Shown in pieces: positions 23,446 through 32,802 of a stretch of 37,677 bases of DNA (the stretch's first letter is position 1; each line of letters begins with the position of its first letter). The stretch comes from Thermoleophilaceae bacterium (GTDB lineage Bacteria > Actinomycetota > Thermoleophilia > Solirubrobacterales > Thermoleophilaceae). The stretch is taken from positions 1 through 37,677 of the forward strand of contig JACCUC010000225.1 in NCBI GenBank assembly GCA_013812065.1, given 5' to 3'. Made by a program: the position numbers and the translations under genes. A model generated the notes under the pieces. It searched no databases, had not been told where the DNA came from, and worked only from the letters and a program-made list of their open reading frames with translations.

Positions 23446-24291
23446 TCAAAACCGCGGCGGATGCCGGACGGTGTAACCGGCGGTCGGCCGCGTACCCCGC
23501 TGCCAGCGGGTCCCCTTGGATCCCTGACCGCTCGTGTCGAAGCGCAGGCCCGCGACGGTCATGAACATGTGGCCGGATTGCGTGTAGATGGTGATCCAGC
23601 GACCCGGTCCGCGCTTGCCGTAGCGCATGAAGCCGCCCGAGGCGAGCGGTTTGTCGAGCAGGCGCGCCCCCGCAAGCGCAAACGACACGGAGCCCGAGCA
23701 GTCGTACCCCGAGTCCTTCCAGGCGCCGTGGCCTCCTCCCCACTTGTAGGGCTTCGTCGCGATCTCGTTCGCGGCGGCGACCACGAGCGCGACTGTCCGG
23801 GGGGCGCCCTTCGGCAGCACCGCGCGGCCCTTCTTGTCGATGTAGGCGCGAGCGCCCTTGCGCGGGTCGAGGCCCTCCAGGTGGTCGCGGAAGTCGGCAA
23901 GCTCGCTTCGGATCTCGGCATCGGAGGGAGCCTGGGCCTGGGACGGGTCGTAGCCGTCGACATCCTCCGCGTCCGCAGCGGCGCCCTCGCCCGTGAACTC
24001 GCCGGTGCCCACGCCTATCGCGCTCGAGGCCCTCGGCGGGGGGTCCGCGCGCCCGGAGTCGCCGCCCTCCCCGGCGGCCGCGCGCGGCTCGATGTCTGCG
24101 AGCGAGATCGCTCCGTCCCCCGCGGCCGTCTCCTCCGCGGCCGTGCGCTCGGCCTCGGCGGCCGGTGGATCGAGGCCGGGATGGAGCACGCCCGCGACGG
24201 CAACCCCGCCGGCCGCGAGCAGGACGAGCACCAGAAGCACCCCCCGGCCGGGTCCGCGCAGAAGCGGCCGCAAGACGCGCAGCGCCCTCAA
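23446..24291 (-). CDS. NlpC/P60-family (C40) cell-wall hydrolase
   Basis: N-terminal anchor and an acidic linker, followed by ATKPYKWGGGHGAWKDSGYDCSGSVSFAL...SGHMFMTVAG (catalytic Cys/His pattern). TTG start at 24291. Confidence 0.8.
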   Translation of the reverse strand: MRALRVLRPLLRGPGRGVLLVLVLLAAGGVAVAGVLHPGLDPPAAEAERTAAEETAAGDGAISLADIEPRAAAGEGGDSGRADPPPRASSAIGVGTGEFTGEGAAADAEDVDGYDPSQAQAPSDAEIRSELADFRDHLEGLDPRKGARAYIDKKGRAVLPKGAPRTVALVVAAANEIATKPYKWGGGHGAWKDSGYDCSGSVSFALAGARLLDKPLASGGFMRYGKRGPGRWITIYTQSGHMFMTVAGLRFDTSGQGSKGTRWQRGTRPTAGYTVRHPPRF

Positions 24292-24424
24292 CCTGGCGTC
24301 CTCGGCCCGCGCGGGCGGCGCGGGCGTGCTCGGGCTCCCATCCCTACGACCATCGGCGCGCGCAGACTAGCGGTTGAGGCCGAGCGCGGTGGGGCCGGCC
24401 CAGCCGCCGAAAGCCTACGCGCGC

Positions 24425-24868
24425 TCAGCCGGCGACGTCGCCGCTTCGATCGAGGTCGAGCGCAAGCGAGTTGATGCAGTAGCGCTGCCCGTTCGGGCGC
24501 GGTCCGTCGTCGAAGACGTGGCCAAGGTGGGAGCCGCAGCGCCGGCAGAGCACCTCGGTGCGGGTCATGCCGAGGCTCCGGTCCTGGCGCAGCTCGACCG
24601 CCTCGGCGGTCGCGGCCTCGGTGAAGCTAGGCCAGCCGCTGCCCGAGTCGAACTTGGTGTCGGAGTCGAAAAGCTCGGCCTCGCACGCCGCGCACCGGTA
24701 GACGCCGCTCTCCTTGGAGTAGGTGTAAGCCCCGCTGAAGGGCGGCTCGGTGCCAGCTCGCCGCAGGACCTCGTATTGCTGCGGGGTGAGCTCATCACGC
24801 CACTCCTGCTCGCTCTTCTCGATCTTGGCGCCTTCCACGGGGAGACCTCCGGTTCGCTGCGGGACCAC
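24425..24868 (-). CDS. msrB: Peptide-methionine (R)-S-oxide reductase MsrB
   Basis: Two CxxC pairs (YRCAACEAELF, LCRRCGSHLGHVF) plus GWPSF and RYCINS. 147 aa. Confidence 0.9.
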   Translation of the reverse strand: MVPQRTGGLPVEGAKIEKSEQEWRDELTPQQYEVLRRAGTEPPFSGAYTYSKESGVYRCAACEAELFDSDTKFDSGSGWPSFTEAATAEAVELRQDRSLGMTRTEVLCRRCGSHLGHVFDDGPRPNGQRYCINSLALDLDRSGDVAG

Positions 24869-24893
24869 TACACGTCCAACCCTAGAGGCAGGC

Positions 24894-25370
24894 TCACGGC
24901 CGATCGCGCGCCGGCTCCACCTCGGGCAGCAGCGGCTGCGCCCGATCCCAGTCGGCGATCTCGCAGGCGTCGGTGCGCGCGAAGCGCCGGTCGACGGGCC
25001 GACCCTCGAGGTTGCCGATGATCTGGGCGGTCTGCGGTCCGCCGTAGACCTCCGCGCACACGCGATCGCGCGGCGGCGCTGAGGTCAGGAAGCCGCTCAG
25101 CGCGCGGGCGCGCGTGCAGAGCTCGACGGCGGGTCGGTCGCCGAGGTAGCCCGTCGCCCGCTCGGCGTCAGGGGCGCAGCTCAGGTTGGCCTCTCTGGGC
25201 CGCCCTCGGCGGCGGCCAGCCTCGGAGGAGAGGGTGAGAAAGGCGGACGGCTGCGGGCGGACGACCGGATCGTCGTCGGGAGGCTCGACGGCGGGCTCGT
25301 CTGCGCCACCGCAGGCCGCCAGGGTCGCGCTCGCGATCAGAAGCGGGACCAGGAGGCGCAGCGACTTCAT
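24894..25370 (-). CDS. Lipoprotein with subtilisin-inhibitor (SSI)-like Cys pattern
   Basis: I chose the start at ATG 25370 (MKSLRLLVPLLIASATLAAC, a lipobox). The pattern LSCAPD...LC...VCAEVYGGPQ...GNLEGRPVDRRF...ACE parallels the SSI layout (LTCAP..AC..MCP.VYDPV..G.W.G.RV...F.NEC). The assignment is from memory. Confidence 0.45.
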   Translation of the reverse strand: MKSLRLLVPLLIASATLAACGGADEPAVEPPDDDPVVRPQPSAFLTLSSEAGRRRGRPREANLSCAPDAERATGYLGDRPAVELCTRARALSGFLTSAPPRDRVCAEVYGGPQTAQIIGNLEGRPVDRRFARTDACEIADWDRAQPLLPEVEPARDRP

Positions 25371-25433
25371 CGGCTCGGACCGTAGCGCTCGCCACCCCGC
25401 CGCACGCACCCGGGCAGGACTATCCTCTGCGGG

Positions 25434-25715
25434 ATGAGCGACCCGTCGCCGGAGGAGCTCGCCGAGCGAGAGCGCACCGAGCTCGAGGCCGCCGCCTTCA
25501 GGCGCCTGGTCGAGCATCTGCGCGAGCGCTCAGACGTCCAGAACCTCGAGCTCATGGACACGGCCGGCTTCTGTCGCAACTGCCTGTCGAAGTGGTATCG
25601 GGGCGCGGCCGAGGAGCGCGGCCTCGAGCTCAGCGATTCGGACGCCCGCACCGCGATCTACGGCATGCCCTACGAGGAGTGGAAGGCACGCCACCAGCGG
25701 CCGTCTCCCTCGTAG
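25434..25715 (+). CDS. DUF1244-family protein
   Basis: ELEAAAFRRLVEHLRERSDVQNLELMDTAGFCRNCLSKWY...IYGMPYEEWKARHQ. This is the characteristic FCRNCL.KW block. Confidence 0.75.
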   Translation: MSDPSPEELAERERTELEAAAFRRLVEHLRERSDVQNLELMDTAGFCRNCLSKWYRGAAEERGLELSDSDARTAIYGMPYEEWKARHQRPSPS

Positions 25716-25728
25716 CGCGACCTCGCGG

Positions 25729-26421
25729 TCACCGGAGCCGGGCAGGGCGGCGATGGACGCCTTCCTCGACACCGAGGATCTCGGAGAGCGTGACGCACCG
25801 CAGCCCGCGCTCGTCGAGCGTCGCGAGGATCTGCTCGACTGCGGTGACGGTCTGCCCGAGCGCACGCCGGTCGTCGTGGAGCAGCACGATCGATCCGGGC
25901 CGAGCGGCGTCCGCCACGCGCTCGTGGATCGCGTGGGCGCCGGGCGTCTCGTAATCGCGCGGATCGACGTCCCAGCCGACGGTGACGAGCCCAGCGAGCC
26001 GCGCGGCGCGGACCACGCCGGGGCTGACCGCGCCGTAGGGGGCGCGGAAGACCCGCGGCGAGACACCGGTCGCGGCGCGCAGCGCCGCGTTGGTGCGAAC
26101 CAGCTGGCGCAGAGCATCGAGAGGCCGTCCGGCGAGGCGGTCGTGGCGCTCGGCGTGGCTGCCGAGCTCGTGGCCCTCGGCGATGGTCCTGCCCAAGAGC
26201 TCCTCGCGGCCCGGCACCCGCTCCCCGAGCACGTTGAACGTGGCGTGCGCGCCGCGGTCGCCGAGCACATCGAGCAGCCGTGCGGTCAGGGCGCCCGGCC
26301 CGTCGTCGAAGGTCAGGGCGACGCGATGGACCTCGCGCGGCCCATGGTCGAAGTAGGAACGCCGGCGGCGCGGGGCGGCGATCAGGCCGCGCGCGAGCTC
26401 GGCGCCGAACGACCGCCCCAC
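25729..26421 (-). CDS. Polysaccharide deacetylase (CE4 / NodB homology domain)
   Basis: LTFDDGP, GHELGSHAERH, FRAPYGA, IVLLHD. These are the canonical CE4 motifs. Confidence 0.85.
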   Translation of the reverse strand: MGRSFGAELARGLIAAPRRRRSYFDHGPREVHRVALTFDDGPGALTARLLDVLGDRGAHATFNVLGERVPGREELLGRTIAEGHELGSHAERHDRLAGRPLDALRQLVRTNAALRAATGVSPRVFRAPYGAVSPGVVRAARLAGLVTVGWDVDPRDYETPGAHAIHERVADAARPGSIVLLHDDRRALGQTVTAVEQILATLDERGLRCVTLSEILGVEEGVHRRPARLR

Positions 26422-26425
26422 CCGC

Positions 26426-27217
26426 TCAGCTCGCGTTCCCGGGAACGAGCTCGAACCGCAGGGTCGACCAGGAAGCGCGCGCGAGGGCGGCTCGCATCGC
26501 CTCCTCGTCGTCGAAGCGGTCCGCGAGGCGGCGACCCTCGCAGTGCACCACCACCCGCTCGGCCGAGAACGGCCACGGCTCGAGCACGAGCCGACCGGGC
26601 GCGCCAGGGACGTCGTCTACACGCAGCGTGACCGGGTCGGCTGCGGTCGGGACGCCCTCGACCTCGTGCGGTGTCCAGTCGAGCAGCAGCGCGAGCGACA
26701 GCGAGTCCCAGGTCCAGACGAGGCGGGCATTACGGGCGACCACGTCCGCCGCCGCGGCCGCCGCGGTCTGGGGATCGGAGCGCAACTCCGCGAGCAGCTC
26801 GTCCCCGAGCGTGCGCTGGCGGTCGAGATAGGCCCGCACGAGCCCCGCCCGCTCGGGTGCGACCGTGCCGAGGTCACGCCGCTCGTAGAGCGCGGTGCCG
26901 TGCATGGCGACGAGCAGCGCGGCGTAACGGCTCTGCGCGTGGATCCGTCCGGGCGCCGCCGACCACAGCTCGAGGTGGGTCTCGAGCGACATCTCCATGA
27001 ACGAGCGCGGGCGGCCGCTGTGGGGGTCGAGCTCGGGCTCGAGGTCCCACTGCGCCATACCGACATCGTGCTGCTCCGCCCCGAGGCAGACCTCCTCCCA
27101 CGGCCACACCACGCCGAAGCGCTCGTTCCCCCAGGCCCGCGCGAGCTGGCCCGAGAGCCACGCGTGTGAGGGCTGCCCGACCGCCACGACACCGTCCTCG
27201 TCTTCGTGGATCACCAT
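26426..27217 (-). CDS. DUF3891-family protein
   Basis: N-terminus ...VAVGQPSHAWLSGQLARAWGNERFG...AEQHDVGMAQWD matches my recollection of DUF3891 (Q..HA.LSG.LA..WGN..F ... HD.GW). Confidence 0.5.
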   Translation of the reverse strand: MVIHEDEDGVVAVGQPSHAWLSGQLARAWGNERFGVVWPWEEVCLGAEQHDVGMAQWDLEPELDPHSGRPRSFMEMSLETHLELWSAAPGRIHAQSRYAALLVAMHGTALYERRDLGTVAPERAGLVRAYLDRQRTLGDELLAELRSDPQTAAAAAADVVARNARLVWTWDSLSLALLLDWTPHEVEGVPTAADPVTLRVDDVPGAPGRLVLEPWPFSAERVVVHCEGRRLADRFDDEEAMRAALARASWSTLRFELVPGNAS

Positions 27218-27315
27218 TCGTCGCTCCTACCCGCCCGGGGCGGCTGTCATCGCCGCTTGACCCGCGGCGCGCGTGGTAGCTTCTCTTCACAGGTCGAGCG
27301 AGGAGACTCGACCCA

Positions 27316-27576
27316 ATGCTGGAGGGGGAGCTCGTGACCATTGCCATCATCGCCGTCGTGTGCGTCGTACTACTCGCGCTGGCGTTCCTCGTGCCGAGGC
27401 TGTCGCGCCACCCTCAGCGCGGAGTGGACCGGACCCTCAGCGTGGGTCAGCACGCGGGCGGCAAGGCACCCGGTCCGCTCGGCCGGCTGCTCCAGAAGCC
27501 CTTCAGCTCGTCGCGCAAGGCGACCAACAAGAGCGCCGCCAAGGGCCGCAAGGGCCGCGGTAAGCTGCCGCTCTAG
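27316..27576 (+). CDS. Small single-pass membrane protein with basic C-terminus (hypothetical)
   Basis: TM helix (IAIIAVVCVVLLALAFLV) followed by PRLSRHPQRGVDR...KPFSSSRKATNKSAAKGRKGRGK. GC3 bias is coding-like. Confidence 0.5.
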   Translation: MLEGELVTIAIIAVVCVVLLALAFLVPRLSRHPQRGVDRTLSVGQHAGGKAPGPLGRLLQKPFSSSRKATNKSAAKGRKGRGKLPL

Positions 27577-27606
27577 GGAGCGTTCGCGGAGGCGACTGCG
27601 GGAGGC

Positions 27607-29277
27607 GTGAGCCAGCTCGTCCTCGGCCCCCTGTTGCGCTACGTCGGCGAGCGCGAGGCGACGGTATGGGTGGAGACCGAATCGGCCGGCGAGGTCGAGG
27701 TCCTCGGCCACCGCGCGCGCACGTTCGAGGTCGAGGGACATCACTACGCCCTCGTACGTATAGACGGGCTCGAGCCCGGCACGACTACGCCCTATGAGGT
27801 CGCCCTCGACGGCGACCGCGTCTGGCCGCCCGCGAACTCCCCCTATCCGCCGAGCGTCATCCGAACCCTCGAGCCCGCCCGCCCCTACCGACTGCTCTTC
27901 GGCTCCTGCCGCATCGCCCTCCCCCACGAGCCGCCGTACAACCTGCGCCGCGACGAGGACCCGCGTGCGCGCGAAGAGGACGCGCTCTACACCTACGCGC
28001 TGCGCATGTCGACGCGCCCTCGCGAGGAGTGGCCCGACCTCGTGCTCTGGCTCGGCGACCAGGTCTACGCCGACGACCCCTCGCTGGGCGCGCGCAGCTT
28101 CGCGGCGTCACGGCGTGACGTCGCCGAGCCCCCCGGCGAGCACGTCGCGGACTTCGAGGAGTACACGCACCTCTACCTCGACTCGTGGAGCGACCCGCTC
28201 GTGCGCTGGCTTTTGTCCACGGTCTCGAGCGCAATGATCTTCGACGACCATGACGTCCACGACGACTGGAACATCTCCGAGGCGTGGGTCGCCAAGATGC
28301 GCGCGAAGCCGTGGTGGCACGAGCGCATCGTCGGGGCGCTGATGTCGTACTGGCTCTATCAGCACCTCGGAAACCTCTCGCCGCGTGAGCTCGACGAGGA
28401 CCCGGTCTACCGCCGGATCGACGCGGGCGGGGACGCCGGCCCGCTCGTGCGCGAGCTGGCTGAGCGCGCCGACCGGGACGTGACTGCCGCGCGCTGGAGC
28501 TTCCACCGCGACCTCGGCGGCACGCAGCTCGTAGTTATCGACTCGCGGGCGGGGCGCTTGCTCGACGGCTCGGGGCGGCGCATGCTCGACGACGCCGAAT
28601 GGGAGTACGTCGAGCGCCACGCGCGGGGCGATTGCGATCATCTGCTGATCGCCACGTCGGTGCCGTTCCTGCTCCCCGCCGGTCTGCACCATCTCGAGCA
28701 GTGGAACGAGCACGTGTGCTCGGGCGCGTGGGGCAAGCTCGCGGCGCGCGCCGCCGAGGTCATCCGCCAGGCGATCGACCTCGAGCACTGGGCGGCGTTC
28801 GACGAGTCCTTCCGCGAGTTGACCGAGCTCGAGCGGTCGGTCGCGGCGGGGGAGCGGGGAATCGCACCGGCGACCATCGTCACGCTCTCGGGCGACGTCC
28901 ACCACGCCTATCTGTACGAGGTCGCCTTTCGCCGCGACCCCGCGGCCGCGCCCGGCGCGCCCAACGGGCGCTCCGCCGTCTACCAGGCGGTCTGCTCGCC
29001 GATGCGCAACCCGCTGTCGGATCCCGAGCGGCGCGCAATGCGCCTCGCGTCCTCGCGGCCGTTCATCGCGGTCGCGCGCCTGCTCGCCCGCGCCGCCGGA
29101 GCGCGCGACCACGACGTCCGCTGGCGACCGGCCGGCCGCCGGCAACCGTGGTTCAACAACCAGCTCGCGACGCTCGAGCTCGACGGACGTCGCGCGCACG
29201 TGCGGCTCGAGCGGCCGGTGCCGGGCGCGGCGGGACCGCCGCAGCTCGAGCAGGTCGCCGAGCGCCGGCTGGCCTGA
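27607..29277 (+). CDS. PhoD-like / metallophosphoesterase-family phosphatase
   Basis: GTG start. Blocks: LLFGSCR, LVLWLGDQVYADD, IFDDHDVHDDWN, TLSGDVHHAY. These are metallophosphatase signatures in a PhoD-like arrangement. Confidence 0.6.
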   Translation: MSQLVLGPLLRYVGEREATVWVETESAGEVEVLGHRARTFEVEGHHYALVRIDGLEPGTTTPYEVALDGDRVWPPANSPYPPSVIRTLEPARPYRLLFGSCRIALPHEPPYNLRRDEDPRAREEDALYTYALRMSTRPREEWPDLVLWLGDQVYADDPSLGARSFAASRRDVAEPPGEHVADFEEYTHLYLDSWSDPLVRWLLSTVSSAMIFDDHDVHDDWNISEAWVAKMRAKPWWHERIVGALMSYWLYQHLGNLSPRELDEDPVYRRIDAGGDAGPLVRELAERADRDVTAARWSFHRDLGGTQLVVIDSRAGRLLDGSGRRMLDDAEWEYVERHARGDCDHLLIATSVPFLLPAGLHHLEQWNEHVCSGAWGKLAARAAEVIRQAIDLEHWAAFDESFRELTELERSVAAGERGIAPATIVTLSGDVHHAYLYEVAFRRDPAAAPGAPNGRSAVYQAVCSPMRNPLSDPERRAMRLASSRPFIAVARLLARAAGARDHDVRWRPAGRRQPWFNNQLATLELDGRRAHVRLERPVPGAAGPPQLEQVAERRLA

Positions 29278-29298
29278 TGGCGCCGAGCCGTTCGGGAG

Positions 29299-29763
29299 TC
29301 AGTACGCGAGGCTCGCGCCCGTCCGCTTCTCCATGTAGCGCTGGTGGTACTCCTCGGCGCGGTGGAAGTCCGAGGCGGGGACGACTTCGGTAACGATCTC
29401 CTTGCGCGAGCGCGCCTGCACGGCCTGCTTGGACGCGCGCGCGGCCGTCTCCTGCTCGGGACCATGAACGAAGATGGCGGAGCGGTACTGAGTGCCTACG
29501 TCGGGGCCCTGGCGGTTGAGCTGGGTCGGGTCGTGCACCTCCCAGAAGAGGTCGAGCAGCTGGTCGTAGCTCACCTGCGCCGGGTCGAACTCGATCTCGA
29601 GCGTCTCGGCGTGCCCGGTCGAGCCGCTGCAGACGTCGCGGTAGGTCGGGGTGGGGGCGTCGCCGCCGGTGTAGCCGACCTGGGTCGAGAGGACGCCCGG
29701 CACCCTGCGGAAGGTCTCCTCCACCTGCCAGAAGCAACCTGCCGCGAAACTCGCCTTCTCCAT
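29299..29763 (-). CDS. msrA: Peptide-methionine (S)-S-oxide reductase MsrA
   Basis: I chose the start at ATG 29763 ([18 protein letters not shown]...VGYTGG...[13 protein letters not shown]...QYRSAIF). Confidence 0.9.
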   Translation of the reverse strand: MEKASFAAGCFWQVEETFRRVPGVLSTQVGYTGGDAPTPTYRDVCSGSTGHAETLEIEFDPAQVSYDQLLDLFWEVHDPTQLNRQGPDVGTQYRSAIFVHGPEQETAARASKQAVQARSRKEIVTEVVPASDFHRAEEYHQRYMEKRTGASLAY

Positions 29764-29813
29764 CGTCGCCCTCCTTGCCTCTCGCCTCGGAGCTCGCGCT
29801 CCCCACAGCAACG

Positions 29814-31037
29814 TTAGCGAGCGGAGGAGCGCCGGGGCGAACGTCCGAGGCCCATCCGGTCCTTGAGCACGAGGACCCGCTCGGCCGACTCCTCGACGCG
29901 ACGGCGAAAGCGCGGCGAGCGGCGGGCGCGCGCGAGCAGACGGTCGCGGACGCCGTCGAAGCTGCCGGGACCGGTCATCAGGACGATGTCGACGCCCGCG
30001 GCGACCGAGCGAACCGCGGCGGTCTCGACCGAGGAGCGCGCGAGCACGGCGTCGGCCTCGATCGAGTCGGTGACGACGACGCCCCGAAAGCCGAGCCGCC
30101 GGCGCAGCAGGTCGCCGAGGACGGGCTGTGACTGGGAGGCGATCCGCCGACCGTCGAGTGCCGGATAGAGCGCGTGCGAGGCCATCACGAGGGGCGCCCC
30201 CGCGGCGATCGCCGCCCGGAAGGGCTCGACGTCGCGGCCCAGGATCTGCTCGCGCGGGGCGTCGATCGTGACCGGCTCGTCGTCTGTGTTGCCCTGCGCC
30301 GAGCCGAAGCCGGGGAAGTGCTTCGGGGTGGTGGCCACGCCGCCGCGCCCGTGCTCCCGGATCGAGGCCCGCACCAGCGCGCTCACCTCGCGGCTCTCCC
30401 CCGGATACACGCGGGGACCGACCGCCGACCCGCCGGGCACCCCGATGTCGGCCACCGGCGCGAGGTTGACGTTCACCCCGACCCGCGCAAGATCGCGAGC
30501 GCCGTCCCGGGCGGCGGCGGCCGCCTTGCGCACGGTGCCATGGGCGGCCTGCCCATCGACCGGATTCGCAAACGAGAGGATCCGGATCGGGCCGCCCTCC
30601 TGGTCGGTCGCGACGAGCGCGCGGCCTTGAGCGGCGCGCTGCAGCCGGCGGGTGAGGGAGCGAACCTGTCGCCGGGAGCGGGCATTCGACTGGAACAGGA
30701 CCACCCCCGCCCCCCGGCCCTCCCGCAGGGTATCCCTTACGTAATCGGGCACCTTCGCTCCGCTGAAGCTGAGCACGAGTAGCTGGCCGACCTGTTGCTC
30801 GAGGCTCAGGCGGTCGACCGCGCGCTCGGGGGCGGCGCGGCGATCTCCTCGCTCGCCCTCGGTCTCGGCTCCCGACCCGGCGATCGCACCCGCGATCGCA
30901 GCCAGCAGCGCCACCGCCGCGAGGACGGCGAGGCTGGCACGTCGACGCTGAGCATGGGTCTCACGCGCGGAGCGGGCGGCCCGTCCCCGTGGAGGGGGCG
31001 CACTTGGCACGGGGGGTGGAGCGGTCGGAGCCGACAC
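29814..31037 (-). CDS. Glycoside hydrolase family 3 (NagZ-like beta-N-acetylhexosaminidase), membrane-anchored or secreted
   Basis: N-terminal anchor. Blocks: [41 protein letters not shown]. Confidence 0.8.
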   Translation of the reverse strand: MSAPTAPPPVPSAPPPRGRAARSARETHAQRRRASLAVLAAVALLAAIAGAIAGSGAETEGERGDRRAAPERAVDRLSLEQQVGQLLVLSFSGAKVPDYVRDTLREGRGAGVVLFQSNARSRRQVRSLTRRLQRAAQGRALVATDQEGGPIRILSFANPVDGQAAHGTVRKAAAAARDGARDLARVGVNVNLAPVADIGVPGGSAVGPRVYPGESREVSALVRASIREHGRGGVATTPKHFPGFGSAQGNTDDEPVTIDAPREQILGRDVEPFRAAIAAGAPLVMASHALYPALDGRRIASQSQPVLGDLLRRRLGFRGVVVTDSIEADAVLARSSVETAAVRSVAAGVDIVLMTGPGSFDGVRDRLLARARRSPRFRRRVEESAERVLVLKDRMGLGRSPRRSSAR

Positions 31038-31214
31038 GAAGGAGAGGGCAGGTTAGGTCACCCGTGGCACCTGCCGCAGGCCGTCGCCGAGCCGCGGCGG
31101 ACGCGCTGGGGGTGACGTCCTGCGGCGTTTGGCGTCGGCGGGCGCCGGTGAAGCTATCCGGCGGGCCGCTTCGCAGGGCCGGCCGAGACCCGACGAATCA
31201 GGAGAGCGATCACG

Positions 31215-32090
31215 ATGACCCAGGCAGGCAACGAGCAGGTCGTCGCGCAGTCCGGCACCTTCGCCATCGGCGGCGACCTCGAGGTGCACCGCCTGGGGTT
31301 CGGCGCGATGCGCCTCACGGGCGACGGCATCTGGGGCGAGCCCGACGACGCGGCGGAGTGTCAGCGCGTGCTCCGTAGGGCGCTCGAGCTCGGCGTGACC
31401 CTGATCGACACGGCCGACTCCTACGGGCCCGACGTATCCGAGCGTGTTATCGGCGAGACCCTCCTCCCCTATCCCGACGACCTGGTGATCGCCACCAAGG
31501 CGGGGCTCGAGCGCTCGGGACCGGGCCAGTGGCATCCCAACGGCCGGCCCGAGCACGTGCGCGAAGCCTGCGAGGGCAGCCTCCGGCGGCTCAAGCTCGA
31601 TCGCATCGACCTCTACCAGCTTCACCGCATCGACCCCGACGTCCCCGTCGAGGAGTCGCTCGGAACGATGCTCGAGCTGCGCGACGAGGGCAAGGTCCGC
31701 CACATCGGCCTGTCCGAGGTCGGCGTCGAGGACCTCGACCGGGCGCGCCGGACCGCCCCGATCGCCACCGTGCAGAACCGCTACAACGCCGCCGACCGCA
31801 GCTCCGAGGAGGTGCTCGAGGCCTGCGAGCGCGACGGCCTGGGATTCATCCCGTGGTTCCCACTCGAGACCGGCGGGCTCGCCGAAGTGGGCGGCCCGCT
31901 CGCCGAGGCGGCGAAGCGCCACGGCTCCCAGCCCGCCCAGCTCGCGCTGGCGTGGCTGCTCCACCGCTCGCCGGTCATGATGCCGATCCCGGGCACCTCG
32001 TCGGTCGAGCACCTCGAGGAGAACCTCGCCGCCGCCCGGATCGAGCTCTCGGACGAGGAGGTGCGTGAGATCGAGGACGCGGCCAGGTAG
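31215..32090 (+). CDS. Aldo/keto reductase
   Basis: LGFGAMRLTG...IDTADSYGP..SE..IGE...LDRIDLYQLHR...IGLSEV...QNRYN...IPGTSSVEHLEEN. Confidence 0.9.
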   Translation: MTQAGNEQVVAQSGTFAIGGDLEVHRLGFGAMRLTGDGIWGEPDDAAECQRVLRRALELGVTLIDTADSYGPDVSERVIGETLLPYPDDLVIATKAGLERSGPGQWHPNGRPEHVREACEGSLRRLKLDRIDLYQLHRIDPDVPVEESLGTMLELRDEGKVRHIGLSEVGVEDLDRARRTAPIATVQNRYNAADRSSEEVLEACERDGLGFIPWFPLETGGLAEVGGPLAEAAKRHGSQPAQLALAWLLHRSPVMMPIPGTSSVEHLEENLAAARIELSDEEVREIEDAAR

Positions 32091-32157
32091 CGCAGCCGTC
32101 GAGGTTCGCCGTGGCGCGGCGACGGGTAGCCGGGGCACAGCGAACCGAGGAGGCGGC

Positions 32158-32658
32158 ATGTCGAGCACCACGATCGAAGAGCAGGTCGTCAAGTACCTGA
32201 CCGACGCGCACGCGATCGAGGAGCAGGCGCTGGCCCAGATGCGCGCCGCCCCGAGGATCGCCAAGGACGAGCGGCTCGCTCAGGTCTTTCGCGACCACCA
32301 CGCCGAGACCGAGCGTCACGAGCGACTCGTGCGCGAGCGCCTCGAGGCTCACGGGGCCAGCCCCTCGAAGCTCAAGGACGCGGCTCTGCGCACCGGGGCC
32401 GTCAACTGGAGCGGATTCTTCGCGGCCCAGCCGGACACGCCCGGCAAGCTCGCGGCCTTCACCTTCGCCTACGAGCACCTCGAGATCGGGGGGTACGAGC
32501 TGCTTCGCCGGGTCGCCGAGCGCGCCGGGGACCTCGAGACCGCCTCGGTGGTCGAGCGCATCGCCGAGCAGGAGCGTGCCGCCGCCCGGATCATTGCCTC
32601 GAGGTTCGACCGGGCCGTCGAGGCGTCGCTCGCGGCGCAGGGCGTGGGCGTCGCCTGA
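32158..32658 (+). CDS. Ferritin-like DUF892 (YciE/YciF) family protein
   Basis: ATG at 32158 preceded by GAGGAGG. Sequence: VVKYLTDAHAIEEQALAQM...FRDHHAETERHERLVRERLE...YEHLEIGGYELL. Confidence 0.6.
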   Translation: MSSTTIEEQVVKYLTDAHAIEEQALAQMRAAPRIAKDERLAQVFRDHHAETERHERLVRERLEAHGASPSKLKDAALRTGAVNWSGFFAAQPDTPGKLAAFTFAYEHLEIGGYELLRRVAERAGDLETASVVERIAEQERAAARIIASRFDRAVEASLAAQGVGVA

Positions 32659-32802
32659 GTGTCGGAGGGCCGGCGCAGCGGGCGCCGCCCTCCTCTGCAC
32701 GGCACCGAAACCCCGGTTGAGCTCTCGGGTTAGCCTTTGACGAACGGCCGGGTGAGTAGACCGCCGGACGGTCGTCTCCAGCGCCACCGATCCAGGGTCT
32801 CC

